Of a stretch of DNA of 64,000 bases, positions 12,840 to 26,186 are shown piece by piece. This DNA comes from Eledone cirrhosa (taxonomy: Eukaryota). The translations under genes were made by a program, and so were the position numbers. Where the stretch lies: positions 237,770,001-237,834,000 of the forward strand of contig OZ024742.1 of NCBI GenBank assembly GCA_964016885.1, given 5' to 3'. The notes below the pieces were generated by a model. That model saw nothing but the letters and a program-made list of their open reading frames with translations, searched no databases and had not been told where the DNA came from. Within the stretch, counting starts at the first letter, position 1. Each line of letters opens with the position of its first letter.

Positions 12840-13397
12840 ATACTGCAGGTAGCACATGGATAACATGTAATAAAATGAGTTACTCATCAGTGATTTGCCG
12901 ACGATCATAGATATTTCATTGCATTTATTTTTCTCTATATTTTATTACATATATTTACCACTGCGATTCTGTGTTTTTTTCTCTCTCTCTCTTACTGTTC
13001 CCCCATTCTCTCTGTTTCTCCCCCTCTGTCATGTCAGTTAACTCTCCCTCACACTTTCACTCACTCACTGTTTCTCTCTCTTCTCTTCATTTCATCCTGT
13101 ACACCACGAAGGCTATTTTTCTCTCTCCTCACATAGCCTTCGCTCGTGTCGGGTCTGTTCTAAAAGCGCTCATATATTCACCTAGCTTATGCTAAACAGA
13201 ATAATTTTTGAAGCTTGTTTCTTTCCCCTGGTTAGCCATACTCTTTGTTGTTCTCCTGTCTCACTCGCTTTACGCGTTTTAATTGTCCTAATAACTTATT
13301 TTGGTTATTATTGCACCGACGTGAGGTATATGATTTTTAATGCAATGAAATATCTATGATCGTCGGCAAATCACTGATGAGGGACTCATTTTATTAT
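12840..13397 (+). mobile_element. Non-coding family P element (inverted partial end, pyrimidine-rich body, permuted HHR-like motif at 13324-13380)
   Basis: 12868-12927 is an inverted copy of 13337-13396. Motif shared with 48600-49240 and 52071-54205. Flanked by (TA)n/(GA)n. Confidence 0.75.
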
Positions 13398-13399
13398 AT

Positions 13400-13423
13400 A
13401 TATATATACATATACACAGATAC

Positions 13424-13454
<31 letters not shown>

Positions 13455-14076
13455 CGTATGTATGCATATATATATGTGTGTGTGTGTATGCATGTATGTA
13501 TATACATATATATATATATATGTGTGTGTGTGTATGTATATATACATATATTTTTATGTGTATATTTATATATGTGTATATGTGTATATATATATATGTT
13601 AACGTATGTTGATGCCCTAAGAACAGACACTGGTCTGTTGGAGACGCAGAACATGGCAGCGATAATGAGGGACAGAGACCGCTAGAGAGAACTCGTCCAT
13701 GGATCTCGGGAATTTTACCCGCCCTAGATAGATATGTATATATATATATATATATATATGTGCGTGTGCGTGCGCGCGTGTGTGTGTGTGCGCGCGTCTC
13801 TGTGTGTGAATGTAGCGAAGATAATACGTCAGCAATGACGTTATGCAGACAAATAGGCATACAGACAGATATTATAAGAGCGCGACGGAAATGGATAAAC
13901 GGCGCCTAACACCCTTTAACAACAGAAAATTGAAAAAAAAAAAGCGGCAGTTAATATCTTTAGACCGCAAGGAATATATAAATGCAAGTTTAAAATCAAT
14001 CGGAGTAGAAATGTGGATTTGTATAGACTTTGCAAAAATGAGGACACACAGACAACATCAGTTTTATATATATAGA
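13400..14076 (-). mobile_element. Non-autonomous Helitron-like element, with an RTE 3' fragment inserted at 13598-13733
   Basis: Starts TCTATATATATAAAAC on the minus strand and is an inverted homologue of 15096-15600. The insert matches 16746-16880. Confidence 0.7.
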
Positions 14077-14088
14077 TACATATACATA

Positions 14089-14189
<101 letters not shown>

Positions 14190-14712
14190 TGTATGTATGT
14201 ATAATTATATACATGTATATAGGCTGTGTGTGTATGAGTATTTATGTGAATATACGTTGTAGTGCTGTGATTATTCTCTTACTGACTTAGGTTTCTCGAA
14301 TGTCTGTCTACGATCACATTTCATACGTGTTTAATATTTGAAATAGACTTATCGCGCAATACCGAACCGTAAAATTATTTAGATCAGATTCAGTGAAGTG
14401 GTGACGAAGGGAATCTATTTTTAAAGCAGTGAAAATCTAACACGTATAACAACCGCCAGCGAAATTCCATGAGCTTCAACGAGAGCTCAGCGATGCTGCA
14501 AATTACTAGAATTTTTTTCACTACTCTATTCATACAAACCCATCATTGCATTAATGACCAAATTTGTTTATTTCTTCTCTGACACACTAATATGGACTGA
14601 TCCATTTCAGTTACATGTATGACAGGTACTTTTTGCTGTTTACTTCTCTTTATTTCTTCCTTGTGTAAAACAATATTTTGTATTCCTTATCTCTCTCTCT
14701 ATCTTTCTCTGT

Positions 14713-14795
<83 letters not shown>

Positions 14796-15095
14796 TACTG
14801 TTCTTTCTCTATTTCTTGGTCGCATTTCCCTCTCGCTCTATTTCTCTGTTATTTCTTTTCATTTTAAGCCTTTCGTTATCATCTTTATGAAAGAGTACCT
14901 ATGATTTTCAAATAGTTTTGTATATAATCAAGAATTTATTAATATAACTATGTTCATTCAGCTGGTTTTTAGAAAAGAACATAACATAGATTATTTCATA
15001 AAATATTTTTATTTGGTTAAACTTACAGAAAAATAAGGCAACATTGGAGAGGACTAAAGAATTAAGACTTCATATAAATGTGTATTATAGTGTAA

Positions 15096-15590
15096 TCTAT
15101 ATATATAAAACTGATGTTGTCTGTGCGTCCTCATTTTTGCAAAGTCTATACAAATCCACATTTCTACTCCGATTGACTTCAAACTTGCATTTATATATTC
15201 CTTGCGGTCTAAAGATATTAACTGCCCCTTTTCTTTTTCAATTTTCTGTTGTTAAAGGGTGTTAGGCGCTGGTTATCCATCTCCGTCGCGCTCTTATAAT
15301 ATCTGTCTGTATGCCTGATGTCTGCATAACATTATTGCTGACGTATTATCTTCACTACATTCACACACAGAGACGCGCGCACACACACACGCGCACACGC
15401 ACACGCACATATATATATACATATATACTTATATATACATATATATATATACACATATACACATATATAAATAACATAAAAATCTATGTATATATACACA
15501 CACACACACATATAAATATATATATATATACATACATACACACACACATATATATGCATACATAAACACACACACACATATATATTTATA

Positions 15591-15600
<10 letters not shown>
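15096..15600 (+). mobile_element. Non-autonomous Helitron-like element
   Basis: A|TCTATATATATAAAACTG 5' end; homologous to 13400-14076. Confidence 0.7.
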
Positions 15601-15684
<84 letters not shown>

Positions 15685-15685
<1 letters not shown>

Positions 15686-16889
15686 CGTCGATGCTACAGT
15701 GAAGCCAGAATCCTGGTGTTTGTCCAGTGCAAGGCGCATACAATAGTCCACTACGATGATAAAAAGGTAGGGAGCCAATGTATCTCCCTAGAGCACTCCA
15801 GCCAGTATCTCAAAGAACTCTGTCATCCCATCAGGTGTAATGACTTGGGCTTTGGTGTTGGTGTAGAGCAGTGATATCAGGACCACTATCTTCTCGGGGA
15901 TTCCATAAGCCTGTAAGATCTTCATCAGGCAGTGACGGTCCACAGAATCAATGGCCTTCCTAAAGTCAATGAAAACCATGACCGCAGGAAGGCACTTTGC
16001 TCCCTCTAATATCCTCCTCAGCATCAGGACGTGACTGGTGATTGATCTTCCCTCTCTGAAGCCGTTCTGGTTGTCCCTGAGCTTCTTCTCCATCTCAGGC
16101 TGGATTCTGTTAAGAATCATCCTGTTGAGGGTCTTTACCACAAGTGACGTCAGTGAGATCCCCCTGTAGTTGTTGGTGTTAGAGAGATCTCCCTTCTTTG
16201 GCACTGTGTGGGGCTGAAAATGAATGAGACTAAAACAAAATATCTGGTAGAGAATGTTGAGAAATCAGAGGGCATCACTAATGTAGGTGGGAAGCCGCTA
16301 GAATTGGTTGGGGAGTTCCTGTATTTGGGAGCAAAAATTGGGAATACGGAAGATGATGTGGTTGAGAGGAAGAGCAAAGCTTCGGCGGCGTGCCACAGCT
16401 TGAGATCGGTGTGGAAGTCGGACCTTCGTAAAAACCTGAAAATCCGCCTCTTCATCGCTGTAGTGGAGTCTGTGCTGCTGTACGGGTCTGAAACTTGGAC
16501 ACTGACCAAGAAACTCACTCAGATGGTGGATGGGTGCTACACGAGAATGCTGAGGATGGCTCTGAACATTAATCACTGATGATGAAAAACTCAGAGCTGT
16601 ATGGGAGCCTCCCAAAAGTCAGCTCAAAAGTGACACGGAGGAGACTGAGATTAGCTGGACATGCTCACCGACATCCAGAGTTGACATTGCACTCAGTGCT
16701 CCTGTGGGAGCCCCTACATGGCCACACTGGAAGAGGAAGACCAAGGTTAACGTATGTTGATGCCCTAAGGACAGACACTGGTCTGTTGGAGACGCAGGAC
16801 ATGGTAGCGATAATGAGGGACAGAGACCGCTGGAGAGAACGCTGCCATGGATCTCGGGAATTTTAGCCGCCCTAGAATAGAATAGAATA

Positions 16890-16893
<4 letters not shown>
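15685..16893 (+). mobile_element. 5'-truncated, 5'-inverted RTE-clade LINE
   Basis: 15685-16206(-) encodes the RT N-part ([28 protein letters not shown]). 16208-16866(+) encodes the RT C-part (LLYGSETWTLT, RRRLRLAGH). (TAGAA)n tail. Confidence 0.92.
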
Positions 16894-16939
<46 letters not shown>

Positions 16940-17409
16940 GACGTAAATAAGAAAGTTATGAAAATTGACTTACTTACTAAAATTTCACTCCAACTAATTA
17001 GTTTCTGTAAGGGGATAAATACAGTTATGTAATACCTGTAGAGAAGCCTTACGTCATCAGGGGGTCTATTCTCAGCTAAGCCACCAGGCAATGCGGGGAC
17101 ACTGGAAGCTTATATAACAATAATTCAGTGGATGGAAAAAAGCGAAAAAATCGAGCGGGGCTAGATTCTAAGCACTGAAAAATTCGCTGCCTCCTTGGTC
17201 AAGTGGCAAATTCAAAAGAATTAATCACGTGACACTGAGGTTAACCAGCTTGGAGTGGGGGTGCTATTAAGACAGAGCCTAGCCACTACTATCAGTCACA
17301 GTAGTAATTTGGCAAATTTTGCTCAACAAATAATTTGAAGAATATAAAGAGTTAATATATCTACCGACATATGTATACAGATGCATACCTACGCTAGCAG
17401 ATATATATT

Positions 17410-17743
17410 GATTATAGGGCCTCCCGGCAGATAACCCCCTTTAAACGCTTCCTTGGAGTCGACTGAAGAACTGCAGTGCAATGCAACAAAACATCATAAC
17501 TTCTGGAATTCGCAACCGATTTTCACAAAACTTGACATATGGGCTACGTTTGTCCTACAGATGAATCTGAACTCTCAGAATTGGTACATATTGAGTAGGG
17601 GACCCCTGAGAGCAGGAACCCCCTTTTGGAAGAAGCCAATGATTTTGTAAAAGTATAGTTTTCGAAGCAGCATTGAAGTATTGACATAAATGGTATACAC
17701 AACTGCTATTTAATACCCGAACAAGGCCGGGTACCTCTGCTAG
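17410..17743 (+). mobile_element. Non-autonomous Helitron 3' part
   Basis: Ends acccg-aacaaggc-cgggt acctctg CTAG|T, the canonical Helitron 3' hairpin and CTRR terminus. Confidence 0.75.
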
Positions 17744-17771
17744 TATTCATTAAATCTAGACTAAGAAATAA

Positions 17772-18155
17772 TAATTGTTTCTACTTTTGGCACAAGGCCA
17801 GCAATTATCCCAGTGCATTACTGGTACTTATTTTATCTGGTGCTTATTTTATCGATTCCCGTACTTATTTTATCGACCCCGTAAGGATGAAAGGCAAAGT
17901 GAACCTCGGCGGGATTTGAACTCAGAACATAAAGAACTGTAGCTACATACCGCAAAGTATTTTGTCTAACGCATTATGTTTAAGCTTATCCCCTACCCTT
18001 TGAAGTAAATAATGGTTTCTTATATAGGCACAAGGCCAGCAATTTGGGAGGAGGGGAAAGTCGATTAAATCGACTCCAGTGTGTGACTGGTACTTTATTT
18101 GATCGACTCCGTAAGGATGAAAGGCAAAGTTAACCTCGGCGGGATTTGAACTCAC
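17772..18155 (-). mobile_element. Two main-family SINE copies
   Basis: Reverse-complement SINE core at about 17772-17960 and 18010-18155. Confidence 0.85.
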
Positions 18156-18845
18156 TTTGAAGTAAATAATAATTGAAATAAATCTTTCTCGTTATTGTTT
18201 ACACTTGCATAAGTCTAGCTGGCTTCCTATGAAGTTGTATCCCATAGAAGGCTTCGTGAATGTTTTGTTGTCCTAACATACTAACATTTTTTCGATGGCA
18301 AGTGGTAGGATTTGAACTCAGAACACACAAATCCAGAATATATGTATCACAAAGCTGTTGATCTAATATATTTTTCCAATCCACCAGCCGGGATTTTTAA
18401 TTTGTCTTTCATCGTTTAGGGGTGGTAATGGTGAACTAGCAGAAATGTAAAAGTAAATATGGAACCAAGAAATTTATTTTCCCTGATTTATTTATGTCTC
18501 TTTTTATTTTTGTCTTTGCAGGTGAGCAATATTTTCTACTGTTTATGGATTTAAAGAATGCCTTTTCCGCATAGTATCCAAAATATCAAGACAAGTATTG
18601 TACTTAACTATACATTGCGATTTCTGAATTACTTTGATATATGCATGTTCGTTTAGTAATGAGGATTAAGTGAACGAGTACTTAATACTACCGTAGAGTT
18701 CAACTCCGGCCGAATCAATGCCCTGTTACAGTGAAATTTCTCCCGTAAGATTACAGATTTACCCGACAATTTCTATAGAGTAACAGGATACTGATTCAAA
18801 CTTTAAAATAAAACTAATACATACACACACATAAATATATATATA

Positions 18846-19950
18846 CTAGCTGGCTTGTCCGGCTGGCGCCCGGCTAGGTTTACCGGCATTTTATCTTTTC
18901 AGGAATCCCCCCCCCCCCCTCCACTCCATTGCAAAGATACAGCACGCCCTCTCAAGTCAGCGATGGTTGTGGGAGGGGGAGTTAATGTGCTCTGATGTTG
19001 GGTTTGAATAGTATTTAGGATTCCCCAGTTCAGCAGCCAGTACGTTAAAGAAAATTGATAGTTACAACAATAAAGGTTGAACAGAGAACAAATCTTTTAA
19101 CAAACTTTACAATAATTTGAACAACTATAATGGAAATTCCAAGTTACAGAAAATACATAACTTACATTGCTAGAGCCTCAGAGTATACGATATTTTTTGT
19201 TCGGCTCTCGGGAGCAAAGATGAAGAGTATGTTTGGCGAGCTCACCCTTGAGCATCCTACATACAATTGACCATGGAAGAAGCATGGTTGTCCCAGATGA
19301 AGGCCAGCCACTTTTAGGGTTTGACTCTGAGATGTGTTGATGGTAATCACGAAGCTTAGTCTCTCTGTTGCTCTAGTAACATTTTTTCTTCTGGAAAATC
19401 TGATCTTGCGGCCAGGCTAGGACATTTTGGGTGGCATATCGGCAGTAACAATGACGATAAGCCGTCTGTGCTTTCGTGAAATAAATACGTTGGTTTATAT
19501 TTTGTTTTTGCGTATGCAAAAATATCTGTACACGAATATATGATTATATATATATATATTAAAATAACAGATTAAAGTGTAAGCAAAGAATCGCTGCTTT
19601 CACCCTTAACGGGATCTTCTGAAACTAAAAAAATCAATCTGTGAATGCAGAAGTAAATATTTCAAAAAACGTTACAACCGAAAGAAAACAGGAAGATGAT
19701 ACTTTGGTTCGTGAAGTCGTTAGAAATGTCGTATAACCGGAAGTGTTGACATTTGAAAATTTTAAAGAAGTGAATATTTAAATAAACAATAAAATATCTT
19801 TAATCTTTTAACAAAATTTAGTAGACAAAAATACCCTCACTTTCTTACTTGGAAGAAGTTACATCTATGGTGCAGATTTGGTGCCGCTTGGTTCAGGTGT
19901 TTGGCGAAAGGTTTGTTACATACATACGGCCGTCAGCTTTATAGTGTATA
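18846..19950 (-). mobile_element. Internally deleted Helitron retaining the RepHel PIF1-helicase C-terminus
   Basis: 19162-19350 ITINTSQSQTLKVAGLHL..FFHGQLYVGCSRV..TKNIVYSEAL matches PIF1 motifs V/VI. 3' ccgg..ccgg hairpin plus CTAG. A family D copy is nested at 19560-19720. Confidence 0.88.
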
Positions 19951-20564
19951 TATATATATATACCGTAAGGTTGCTAAGATGCGTCCATAGGCGGTATGCC
20001 GATTGAGCACTCGATGCTCCTTCAGAGAAAAGTATGGGGAAATGGAAAACGAAGGATCAGTTATGCATCAGAATACAATTTATTACGTATTACAATTGTT
20101 TCTCCGGCGAACAGCTGGAGGTGCGATCAGTTTGTGGATCGAACCTGACTCTGAATTCGCAAGTTCCTCAGATGCGTCTAGTGATTTCGAAGCAAATTCT
20201 CTTTCTGTCGGGCTCTGTCTCTTCGGATCTATATCCTCTGCCTTCATTCTGTTTGCGAGGCTCTTAGGTTGGTCGATACTTAGTGACGTCATCATAGTTC
20301 TTGACCACTGAAATCTGCCCACTGCCCACTCCATTCAGGGGTGAGCTGTCACTCACCCCAATCACATCGGTAAAATTACTGCTTTGTGTAGGAGAGTTTT
20401 TATTATTTGCTATGCCAATCCGCACATGTGCTCACACTCGTATAGAGGCATTCCGAGCCATTAATCGCACACTTATCTGTGTGGACCTACACACACTACC
20501 ACAGACACACATAGAGCTAGCGTGCTAGCGTTCGCACATGTACATACATAAATATATACATATA

Positions 20565-20655
<91 letters not shown>

Positions 20656-20708
20656 ATGTATATATATATATATATAATATATATATATATATTCATACAC
20701 AGTCACAC

Positions 20709-20779
<71 letters not shown>

Positions 20780-20784
<5 letters not shown>

Positions 20785-21185
20785 ATACTTTGGGAGGGTC
20801 ATGTTGCCAATAAGAAACACACGCACCAGTTGCTTTCACTTCAATTTATTATATATTTATAAATTTACAAATTTACAAATCTACAAACTTATAAATTTCT
20901 GGTTGGTTGGTTGGTTCCACAACCAGATAGTTGTTTATATATAGTCATAGTCCTTTCGTCACACACTCTGTGACCAGTCACTGAAGAGGTCACAGAGTGT
21001 GTGACGAAAGGACTATGACTATATATAAACAACTATCTGGTTGTGGAACCAACCAACCAACCAGAAATTTATAAGTTTGTAGATCTGTAAATTTATAAAT
21101 TTATAAATATATAATAAATTGAAGTGAAAGCAACTGGTGCGTGTGTTTCTTATTGGCAACATGACCCTCCCAAAGTATAACAATA
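20780..21185. repeat. ~200-bp near-perfect palindrome with a minimal hammerhead at its centre (20976-21020, +)
   Basis: Arms 20780-20975 and 20988-21185. Motif agtca-CTGAAGA-g-gtcac/gtgac-GAAA-ggac-TA-tgact. Confidence 0.88.
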
Positions 21186-21262
21186 TCGGTTTCAACACAC
21201 GATTTCAGATAAAGAATCTTGCTAAACAAATTCAGAAACGAAATATATATCTATACACACAC

Positions 21263-21403
<141 letters not shown>

Positions 21404-21655
21404 AATAAACACAGTAAATTCTGCGTCTAAAATTACGAGGGTAGATTATACCACAAATGTTTTATATATTGAAACTGAAGCATACAGTAAGATACAAGAT
21501 TTCATATACATACCGTATCAATAACGATTTCATCTCTCGGACAGACTAAAGATTTAATCCGTTTCGCCCTGAAAATTGTGTTTGTAACAGATAATGTTTT
21601 TATTTCTACATTGCAGGGTATCAATATGAGTTAATAACTATATTTTATTTTTATT

Positions 21656-21717
<62 letters not shown>

Positions 21718-22009
21718 GATATATACACCTCGAGCTGTTCGCCGGAGAAACAATTGTAATGCGTAATAAATTGTGTTCCGATGCATAACTGATTCTTCGT
21801 TTTGCATTTTATATATATATAAATATATATAACAAGGAGGGTGTGGTAAGACACCAGGTGGACCATAAGGCACCCGAGTACTCAATACCTAGGGTAGTAG
21901 AGGGGGTAATATGAAAAACACAGAACTCTGACAGCTGAGCTCCGGCAGTTCGGATCTAGCTGTCGAAAGAAGCCAGAGCTCAGCCGTCGGGGTCCTAACG
22001 CTTTCCATA

Positions 22010-25000
22010 TATATATGGAATTGAATAGAACTGTTATGCAATGTTACCTGAAGAGTAACCCCAACGAAAAAGGCTATAGGAAACGGATGCATAGCATCTG
22101 GAACGAGATTGGTCTATTTAAATTAGATGAACAAAAATTGGCCGGGCAGGCTCGGGTAATAAGAACTAATGAGTGGATAAGTGAGAGCTAGAACTGGAGG
22201 AACTGAGCAGAGAGATTAGGTTGGAAATGGAGAGTGGAGTATGCCAGGCAAACGAGCCAGTGGGAAGGGAAGGTGAAGAGGTTGAGAGAACGGAGGAAGC
22301 ATCCGAAATAGACAATGATCTGAATGCTGAAATAAATGATACCTGGAACAAAGATACGGCAATTGAGGAAATGAATGCTGACGGGCTAGGACAAGATTTG
22401 GTTGATATCCTAAACTTAGTGGTAGATGAAATGAACAATGATAGTGGGAAACCTATGAACCTAAGATTTGTAGACAGGAAAAAGTTAAAAGAAACAACAA
22501 CTAAGATAAACAAAGTCATCCCATACCTTGAGGAGAGGAACCTTCATCAGTGCAACAATATCCTCAAAGCAACAGCTAATGCGTTGAGGAAATTACTTGG
22601 CATAAAAGCGAGAGGAAACAACAAACAAGAAAGATCAGAACCTTGGTGGAAGAAACGATTGAATGGTCAAATCAGGGAAATGAGAAATGACATTGGAAAG
22701 CTTGAGTCCCTACTGAATGGGACACTACAAAACATAGACACTAAAAATAGACTGGAAATAAAGTACAAAACTAGGAGGAAAAAGCCAAATATTATCATAG
22801 AGGAAGTGAAGCAACGCATTGTAGCAAAGAGCGCAAAGATTAAGCGATACGAGAGCAGAGTCAGTCAGTATAGACAGAACCGCATGTTTGACAACAACCA
22901 GAAGATGTTGTTTGGACAGCTTGAAGGGAAAGAAAAAGGCAACGACTTGATCCCTGAGGCGGAACAAACTAGGGCATTCTGGAGAGGAATATGGGAGCAG
23001 GATGTTGAACATAATGATCAGGCAGTGTGGATTGAAGCAGTACAAAAGGAGATTAGTGAACAGGCACACCAACAAACTAATTTGAGAAGCACAGTTGAAA
23101 ACTAACTAACCAACTGGAAATCACCAGGCCCAGATGGTGTGCAGGGGTATTGGATTACAAATATAACATCCCTCCACCCGAAACTGACAACCACGTTCAA
23201 TGACTGCTTGATGTCAGGTGAGGTACCAGAGTGGTTGACAAAAGGTACCACAGTTCTGGTAATGAAAGACCGAACCAAGGGTAATGATGTTATCAACTAT
23301 AGACCTATCACATGCCTGTCCGTAATGTGGAAACTGTTAACAAGTATTGTGTCTGAGGAAATCTACCATCACCTCCACATAAACAACTTGTTACCGGAAG
23401 AACAGAAAGGATGCCGAAAGAAGTCCCGTGATACAAAGGGCCAGTTACTTATTGATAAGATGGTAATGAGGAATTGCAGGAGGAGACACACTGGTCTTGC
23501 CATGGGATAGATAGACTACAAAAAAGGCATTCGACATGGTGCCTCATTCTTGGATAACCAAAAGCCTAGAGATCTTCAGGGTGGCAGATAACATCAGACA
23601 GTTGTTGGTCAAAAGTATGAAGTCCTGGAAAACAGAGTTAACATCGAGCGAAGAATCCTTGGGAGGCGTGAAGATCAAGAGAGGTATCTTCCAGGGAGAT
23701 AGTTTGTCCCCTCTGTTGTTTGTCTTTGCCCTGATCTCCCTGACCATTATACTGCGAAAAGTGAGAGCACGATACAAGTTGGGAAAGGGAGAGCTTGCCA
23801 TCAATCACCTCCTCTTCATGGACGATCTTAAGCTCTTCGGGAAGAGTGAGAAGGAGTTGGATGTGCTTGTTGACACTGTCCGTATTTTCAGCAATGATAT
23901 ATGTATGCAATTTGGTATTAGTAAGTGTGGAGTCCTTGTGATGAAGAGGGGTAAATTGAGCAGAAGCAACGGAATCCAGGTACCAACAGGTGAGATGATA
24001 AAGGAAACTGATACTGAAGAGGGATACAAATATTTAGGTGTTCTGGAGGCTGATGACATCAAGAACAAAAAAATGAGGGAATTGATAAGAACTGAATACA
24101 TTCGGAGAATAAGGAGAGTATTAAAGTCACATCTGAACAGTTGGAATGCCATAAGTGCAGTAAATTCCCGAGCTGTTTCTATTATTAGGTACAGTACGGG
24201 AATTCTGAGATGGAATGTTGCTGAACAAAAAGAAATGGATAGGAAGACTAGGAAGCGATTGACTATCTATAACATGTTCCACAAGAGGAGTGATGTCGAT
24301 AGAACCTACTTAAGGAGATCTGAAGGTGGAAGAGGTGTTATCAGCATAGAAGACTGTGTTCGGATGGAGAAAAACAACCTACACAAATGCGTGACTGATA
24401 GTAGGGAGCCAATGCTCAGAATTGTACTGAAGGAGAGGATAATAGCCCAGGGGATGTCCAAGGAGGAAATAACAACAAGGAGAAAGAGCAGCCTTCATGA
24501 AAAATCCCTTCATAGTACTTTCTTTGAGAAAACTGAATTTAGAGATCCACAGACATGGAACTGGTTGAAAAGAGGAGACCTTAAAAAGGCTACAAAAGGA
24601 ATGCTAATGGCTGCTCAAGAGCAGGCCCTCAAAACGAAGTGGCTGAAACACCATATTCACAAGGAGGAGGCTAGCCCACTGTGTAGGATCTGTGGAGAGA
24701 GAGAGGAGACTGTGGCTCACATTGTATCCGAGTGTAAACACCTAGCCCACACTCACTATAAGGCTGGAGACATGATGGGCAGGGTGATCCACTTGCACCT
24801 ATGCAAAGTAAACAATTTACCACATTCTGAGAAATGGTATGAGTATAAGCCAGAGTCGGTTATTGAAAATGATCAGGTGAAGGTGCTGTGGGATTTTAGG
24901 ATACAGGCGGACAAGAAACTGGAACACAATAGACCTGACCTGGTAGTTTTGGACAAGGGAAAAAGAACGTGCCTGATTGTGGATGTGGCCTGCCCATTCG

Positions 25001-25343
25001 ACACGAGAGTGCGAGAGAAGGAGAGGGAGAAAATTAACCGATACCAGTACTTAAAGTGGGACGTAAAAAGGATTTTGAACTGCTATGAGGTCAAAGTGGT
25101 CCCGATTGTCATAGGCGCACTAGGTACTATCTCAAAGAGTTTCCAAGGATGGTTAAAGAAAATTGGTCCTGCTCCGCTTTTTGGAACACTTCAAAAGGCA
25201 TGCTTGCTGAGAACAGCAAGAACCCTCAGATAAGTCCTGAATATCTGAGGCTGCAGGTAGTGGCTTGATATTCATTTCAACAAACTTTCCAGTTAAATAA
25301 CATCAATGACTGAGACTCAAAGAACAATAATAATAATAATAAT
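22010..25343 (+). mobile_element. Near-full-length Dong/R4-clade non-LTR retrotransposon (RT, CCHC, restriction-like endonuclease), disrupted
   Basis: ORFs 22221-23105, 23139-23510 and 23536-25233: NYRPITCL, GIFQGDSLSP, FMDDLK, CRICGEREETVAHIVSEC, RPDLVV..IVDVACP. (TAA)n tail. Confidence 0.95.
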
Positions 25344-25767
25344 TGTTTCTACATTAGGCACAAGGCCAGCAAATACCCAGTTCATTACTGGTACTTTATT
25401 TTATCGACCCCGTAAGGATGAAAGGCAAAGTCAACCTCGGCGGGATTTGAACTCAGATCGTAAAGGGACGTAACTATGCTGGAAAGCATGGCGTCCGACC
25501 CTCTACCGATACTGCCAATCCCTAATAATATTAATGATTTCATTTATTAGCCACAAGGGCCGACATGTAGGGGACAATAATAATAATAATAATAATTGTT
25601 TCTACTTTTGGCACAAGGCCAGAAAATATCCAGTACATTACTGGTACTTTATTTTATCGACCTCGTATGGATGAAAGGCAAAGTTAACCTCGGCGGGATT
25701 TGAACTCAAATCGTAAAGGGACGTAACTATACTGGAAAGCATGTCCGACCCTCTACCGATACTGCCA
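25341..25767 (-). mobile_element. Two main-family SINE copies
   Basis: 25341-25521 and 25594-25767, each ending in a (TTA)n tail on the minus strand. Confidence 0.9.
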
Positions 25768-26186
25768 TAATAATAAAGAGGGGCAGAAAAATTAATTTTC
25801 ACATACATATTCAGAGAGGAGAATTCATTTCTCTGTAGTGTCTGTCCTTCTTTCTCTGTTAATAGTTTGGTTTGGACTGGTGGTAGTTGGGGGAGAAGGG
25901 AGAGGAGAGGGTAGAAGGAGAAGGGGAGATGAGAAGAAGAAGGAGGAGGCAGGGGATAAGTGTGGTGGCAGATGTTGTGAAAGTCCATTTGAAGAATGAC
26001 TACAAGACCTACCTGGGATTGGTTTGAAAGGTTTGATGACTTTAGAGTTGACCGGGGGGGGGGGGGGGTGATTGTTTATAAAAATAGTTATCAACATTGA
26101 TCTTGTTCTTTTGCTACAAAGATTCAGAGTTACTGAAATATTAATTCCATCCCTAGCAGAAACTTCCAGATTCAGGTAAAAATGTT

